In this document: one piece after another, positions 57,941 through 64,000 of the stretch | How positions within the stretch are numbered: the first letter of the stretch is position 1 | How the letters are laid out: the number at the start of each line of letters is the position of its first letter | Origin: Azolla caroliniana | Lineage: Eukaryota; Plantae; Polypodiophyta | Direction: 5' to 3' | Assembly: GCA_043228905.1 (NCBI GenBank) | Contig: JBHGNT010000017.1 | Span: 8,060,001 to 8,124,000 of the forward strand | DNA: 64,000 nt | Program-made: the position numbers and the translations under genes | The notes under the pieces: model-generated | Databases searched by the model: none | What the model was told of the DNA's origin: nothing | The model's input: only the letters and a program-made list of their open reading frames with translations

Positions 57941-59351
57941 TACACGAATGTCGATTGGGCCGGAAATGCCCACGATCGTAGATCCACATCTGGATACGCA
58001 TTCTCATTGGGAAGTGTGGCGATTGCATGGAGCAGTAAGAAGTAGCCCACAAAAGCACTATCGAGCACGGAGGCTGAATATCGAGGGGTGACTGTCGCTA
58101 CATGAGAAGTAATTTGGCTAAACGGCTATTATGGGATCTATAGGTAGAGATGTCTGATCCGACGACGATCTATTGTGACAACCTCAGCAGTATCCACCTT
58201 GCCAAAAACCCTCTGTTCCATGCCCGGACCAAGCACATTGAGGTGCATTACCATTTTGTCTGCAAGCGGGTCCTTTCAGGAGAAGTCAAATTGGTGCATG
58301 TTTCGACTGATCGACAGATTGCCGACATCTTCACAAAGCCTCTTGGTCTCAACAAGTTATGGAATTTCTCAGGTGCACTTGGGTTGCATCACCTCGACAC
58401 GTCGAACTTGAGGGGGAGAGAGGAAGAATAGGGACAAGAGTGTGAAAGGAGCAGAGGTAAGCATCACGGCGGAAGTAACTGAGATGCGGAGTTGGATGGA
58501 GAATTTGACTTCGAACTAGCTGAAGAAGCCGAAGATGGAAGCAAGGGCCATAAGCATAAGAAGGAGCCGAGGACAACCAAAACAAGGGGAGATAAGGCCA
58601 AGACTAAGACGTGGTCGAATGTTGTCAGGGGCCTGAAGATTGAAGATGAATTGGAGACAGCCAATTCGGATGAGAGCGAAATTGAATCGGAAGTGTTCGA
58701 TTCAAACGGGATGTTCAATTCGGATATGCCGAATCAACTGAAGGCCATGCGGAGAAAAGGGCAACGAAGGACGCACCGACACCGCGACAGCAAGGGAGCT
58801 AAGAAGGGCCGAACAAGTAGACAAGCCGACCCGAAGGGTCGAAGCGCGCGGAATCGAACGGGTCGAGGAGCGTGAGCGAGGCGTGAAGCCAAAAGGAACT
58901 GGAGCATAGATCCGGAAGAGCGGATGGAACCTCAAGTTGAGCTTGAGGGGGAGTGTTGAGATACAAGCTCAACATTGGGTGCGTAATACGGCGCGTAACC
59001 TAGTGTGTAGATTGGACGCATAAGTTAGTACGCACAACTTGGGCGTATCGGTGCGTAAACCGAAAGGCCGTTAGAGAGATATTCCTCGAAAGGAATAATT
59101 TTGGGAGTAAGTGTCGCAACTCATTTATGAGTGGTCAAGTACTGTCAGTACTTGTGTTAGCCCAATTGTCAAGGCTTGTATATAAGGTGCTCACTGAGCA
59201 CAAAGTATGTATAGAACAGAGAATTATTTTGAATTTGATCTATAGTCTCTCTGTCTCTCCCTCTCCATCTCCCTCTCTATGTTTTCTGTGTTTACTGAAC
59301 TCTGTACTCTGCATTTTACGCACACACTTCCACACAACGTATTCTTTTACA

Positions 59352-60376
59352 CCCATCTACCCAAAAAGTTTGAGTGAGTCGTGATGTTGTCTTCGATGAA
59401 CTAGTATCCTGGTACAAACCAAAGGTGACTCTGACTCTAACTCCTATCAACCCGCACTCGTCCAACCAAGAGATAGAAGATGAAGATCGAGTTTGGCACA
59501 TGTTCGAAGAAAATTCAATTACAACCACACTGAATGGACCTCAAGAGCTTCTGAAGTACATCTTGGTTGAGTTCGAAGATAGAAAAAGGGCCAAAATGCC
59601 AAAATATGAGGACCTAGTTGACAACGAGTCGACACACTCACTCGATAGTGAGCTCGAAGGCCTCGATACTCCCATGATCCTGACGAATGGAACAAAGAAA
59701 GCTATTATTGCTGCAAATGAGAAACTCTGTCACTCCACCCGAGAGAAAAACTTGGTTAGCCGATTCGGCTACCATGACTATATGGCATATCACTATGCCT
59801 TTATGATGAAGGTGGCGACAATCCGAGAACCGGAAACATTTTTTGAGGTAGCCAAGGATCCACGATGGACCGAAGCCATGAACGAGGAGATGCACGCGCT
59901 ATGCAAGAACGAGACATGGAATCTCGTCCCCCATTCACCACACAAGAAAGAGATTGGCTGCAAATGGATATATAAAATAAAATATAATGTCGATGGCTCA
60001 CTGAATCACTACCAGGCACGACTCGTAGCTAAGGGAATGCTCAAATGCACATAGTCGACTATGAGGAGACCTTTGCCCCACTGGCAAAGATGATGATTGT
60101 TCGGATAGTCATTGCTCCGCAACTGTTAAAGGGTGGTGCCTCCATCAAATGGATGTAAAGAACGTCTTCTGACAAGCAGAATTAGAATACGAGGAGGTCT
60201 TCATGATTTAACCACCCGGTTTCGAATCGACCAAGAAGCCATTGTTTGGACTCAAGAAAGCACCACATGTTTGGCACTCGAAGATCACTCAATATCTTCA
60301 CCAAAATCAGCTTCCGCATGTCGAATTTGGATAACTCCCTCTACATCACAAGTTAATCGGACAACCCAATTGTCAT
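59352..60376 (+). mobile_element. Copia C4, right segment (integrase end, RT start)
   Basis: SRDVVFDE, EPETF, KNETW, ARLVAKG; continuous with 26774 across the C5 TSD. Confidence 0.88.
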
Positions 60377-60948
60377 TGTCACGGACACACCAAGCGCGGA
60401 CTAGGACGAAGCACAGATGATGGGCTACGAGCAATGAATGAACTTGGAGCTAGATGTGATGAGGCTAGGAACTCTAGATGTTGTGAGTGGCATGAGGCAT
60501 GAAGACAGAAATAAAGATCAAGGAGACAAAGATGAGGCAAAACGAGAATACTAGATTGATGTGTGAATGACTGGTGTTGAATCCCTTGAAAGGGACTAAG
60601 GAGGTTACAAGTATGAGTTCTAACCAACACATCCAAAACATAAGATAGGTTGAATGGACTGGTGACAATAAGGTCTGTACAAAGCGCATTTTTGCTGGTT
60701 GTCGACAAATATCTCTATACAGAAGTTGATGCAAAACTCTATACAAATTGATGCATTTTCTTGGTGGTAAGAAAAACTTGATGCATTTAGGATCATGTAA
60801 AAGGTGTTGATATCTTTCTGCCATAATAAACAAACCCATGACAAACTAATACTAATAAAAAAATAGACCCTATTTAAAGAGAATATATGTACACATTTGT
60901 GTCCGTAGAGGAAACACGTCAACCCCTGAACAACATCACACATTGACA
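60377..60948 (-). repeat. Probable LTR interrupting C4 RT
   Basis: Abrupt junction at TGTCA; TGACA at 60948; TATA-like CTTTAAATAGGG on minus; no TSD or PPT found, so right end is uncertain. Confidence 0.5.
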
Positions 60949-61906
60949 GGAACCTGAATTCGATTATATTTCCTCGAGGAAGACGGAATCTGAATCACGC
61001 TCTTGACTGGGAAGACAAATTGATGAGGGAGAGCCTGTAGAAGTCGTGGATTTGGAAGATGTTGCAAAGCCAGGTGACGAAGTGATCAAAAAAGGAAGAA
61101 AGGGGGAAGGAGAAAGAGAAGGAGGGGAAGACAAGCGAGGGCTCCCATTCCTACATTGACTTCCATGGAAGACCTCTTCATCCAGACAAAGAGGTTGCAT
61201 GGTCAAGGAAGAAGTAATTGTCGACGACGACATGGACGAAGAAGAAGAAGATGATGGAGGTGGTGGATGTGGAGATGAATTACATGCTTGAAGATGTGGA
61301 GGTTGAATCATTGATCGCAGGGACAGAGAGTCTTGAGCTCAGTGATTGCTATCACTGGAGCTTGTGTTTGGGAGGATGCAGAAATGCGAAGAGATATCGA
61401 AATGGTTGAACCTTGACCCCCCTTCAGGACCGACCAAGCTAGGGAAACCAGATGGGTCCATATCCATGGAGCTAGGGTTAGATTTTGGGTTCAAAAAACA
61501 AAGGATCGTCTAGACCAAGGTTAGGGTTTTTAAAAGCGGGATAGTAGGATTAGGGCTAGAGGAGTGACATAGGAGTTAAGACGGGCAGGCCTTCGAGAAG
61601 GAGCTAAGAAATGATTGATATGTCAATGACAGTTTGAATCCCTACCAACTAGAGGCATCACCCATCTTTGTCATCGCCCTTGCTTCTAGAGTTACCATCG
61701 TCACCGTCCTTGCTTCCAGAGTTACCGTCCTCAACATCCCTTCGTTTCCTATATTCCTTGCCATCTTTATCTCCGAGCATCATCATCTCTATTTTTTAGT
61801 TTCTTCTCATCCTCTATATCTCTATCTTTGTGTTTCTTTTTATCCTCAACGTCTCGATCTCTATGTTTCTTATCCTCTTCATCTATTTCTCTATTTCCAT
61901 CGTTGT

Positions 61907-62564
61907 CATAGTCACAGTCATTGCTTCTAGAGACGCTTCCTCAACATCATTGTCTTCATTGTTTCATCTTCGATATCATCATCTTCAACACCTCTTGGTG
62001 TCGTCATCAACACTACTTTCCCTAGCCTTCATCGACACTTCCATCATTTCCATAGTCACATTCATTGCTTCTAGAGATGCTTCCTCAACATCATTGTCTT
62101 CATTGCTTCGTCTTCAACATCATCATCTTCAGCACCTCTTGATGTCTTCATCAACGCTACTTTGCCTAGCCTTCATCGACGACAAGTGTCCCAATTCCCG
62201 ATGAGGACCGCACATGGTCACTCACGTCCACTGGTGTCCCAGTCTCCGGCGAGGACCGCACAGGGTCGCTCACGCTCGTTGGTGCCCCAGTTCCCAATGA
62301 GGACAACACATGGTCGCTCACGCCCGTTGGTGTCCCAGTTCCCGGTGAGGACCATACCGGGTCGCTCACACCCGTTGGTGCCCTAGTTCTCGTTGGTGTT
62401 CGTGTCTCCGGTGAGGACCACACATGGTCGCTCATGCCCATTGGTGTTCGTGTCTCCGGTGAGGACTGTATGTGGTCGCCCACGCCCGTTGGTGTTCGTG
62501 TCTCCGGTGAGGACTGTGCATGGTCGCTCACGCCCATTGGTGCTTCAATTCTCGACGAGGACCA
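61907..62564. repeat. 144-bp-period duplication followed by about eight 48-bp tandem repeats
   Basis: 61907 and 62051 copies; unit GTGTCCCAGTTCCCG.TGAGGACC.CACATGGTCGCTCACGCCCGTTG from 62186. Confidence 0.85.
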
Positions 62565-64000
62565 TGTTAGGATTTCGGTCCCTCCAGATGGGATATGAGT
62601 ACCCGGCAAGGCAGACCCGGTGAGAACCGGATGATGAGTACCCGGCAAGGAAGACCTGGTAAGAACCGGATGACGCAGGCCCGGTGAGAACCGGATGATG
62701 AGTACCCGGCAAGGAAGACCTGGTAAGAACTGGATGACGCAAGCCCGGTGAGAACCTCTCACCGGATGAAGGGACATAGATGTAAATATGTTTTTGCTAG
62801 CCCATTGTGGCTATATTTGTAAATATCCACAAAAGTCATATTAGTATAAATATGACCTAGGGCAAACACGATTGTGTAGTTGGTCATTTTTTTGTGTAAT
62901 TGTTGTACAGAGCGTAACAGAGAGAGAGAGAGAGCGACCTGAACAGTCTCTGATGTAACCGCCTGTTGGCGAAGATTGAGAGCACGAGGTCGTTGCCTCT
63001 GTGCTCTTCCTGTTGTATTCTTCTAGACATACTGATAGTTTGGAGCTAGTGGGCTCCCGTGGTTTTTTTCCCGTTTAGGGTTTTCCACGTAAACATCCTG
63101 TGTATTCTCTCGTGCTTTATCGTTTGTGTGTATACGTACATTTCTTCCTATTCCCATCTTTCTGTGATTGATTCTAAGACTCGGTTGTCGCCGAGCAATA
63201 TTCCGCATATTTCCTGTCAATCTGGTATCAGAGCGAAACAACATAGAAAATGGAAGATTCATTTGGCGGCATGTTCAAGATCACCGGCTCCAACTACTCA
63301 GTGTGGAAGTCGAAGATGAAGGACATGCTCATGGTTAAAGATCTTTGTTTGCCAGTTCAGTTCGGGAACAAAAGACCAAACAAAATCGATGCCACGATAT
63401 GGGAGGTGATGCAAATGAAGACAACGGCATACATCCGGTGTTTCATTGACATGAGCCTGTACAACAACTTCAATGAGGAGAGTAAGGCTCATGAGCTTTG
63501 GGAGAAGATCGGCATTATGTTCCAGAACAAAAATGTTGTTAATCGGGTTTCGGTATTCCGAAAGCTAGTGAGGCTCCGGTACCAAGATGGCTCCAGCATA
63601 GCGGAGCACATGAATGTCTTCCAGGGGCTGATTCACCAGGCAACATCATTGGAAGTACCTCTCGCCGATGAGGTACTAGCATTGCTCCTGCTCGGTTCCC
63701 TCCCAGATAGCTGGGAGACGTTAGTTATCACTTTGGGCAACGTTGGGCCGAAAGGAAAACAGTTATCCCTAGCAAGAGTCAAGTCGAGCTTGCTAGATGA
63801 GGAGGCGCATCAGAAAGACAAGGATACGAGCTCCGACTCCAAAGCGCTCCTTACCGAATCGGAACGCAGAAGACAAAGGTACCGGAGTCCACAGAACCGG
63901 GACAAGTCGGGGACACAATCAAAGTCAAGGGGGAGGCCTACTTGCTTCTATTGCGGCGAGCCGGGACACTTCCAGAAGAACTGTCGGCATTTCCGGAAAG
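62565..64000 (+). mobile_element. Tnt1-like copia H (F family), 5' LTR and gag, runs off the right edge
   Basis: LTR 62565-63219 with U3 repeats; PBS TGGTATCAGAGC at 63223; frameshifted gag colinear with F. Confidence 0.92.

Overview
No intact host gene is visible. The window is a deeply nested transposon cluster from a plant genome; the element types suggest a non-seed land plant (inference). It holds at least five related, degenerate Ty1/copia elements inserted into one another (C1-C5; C5 is stretched to 32.6 kb by later insertions) and two Tnt1-like copias. Ty3/gypsy content: a young intact chromovirus (5134-12182) with a truncated relative and a solo LTR, two Tcn1-like chromoviruses, and three non-chromovirus remnants. 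There is also an hAT-type MITE and an unclassified 11-kb TIR element. Most boundaries are fixed by TSDs read from the sequence. The most unusual signals: (i) a tRNA-like Pol III A/B-box cassette at the U3 end of Tcn1-like LTRs, in elements that also show Tf1-type self-priming and a conserved -1 frameshift signal; (ii) a conserved five-unit, ~56-bp-periodic hairpin array in a 1.7-kb chromovirus leader; (iii) the 11-kb element with bipartite CCC-type TIRs and an 8-bp TSD; (iv) a conserved C-terminal extension after copia RNase H. All alignments were done by eye; no database searches were run.
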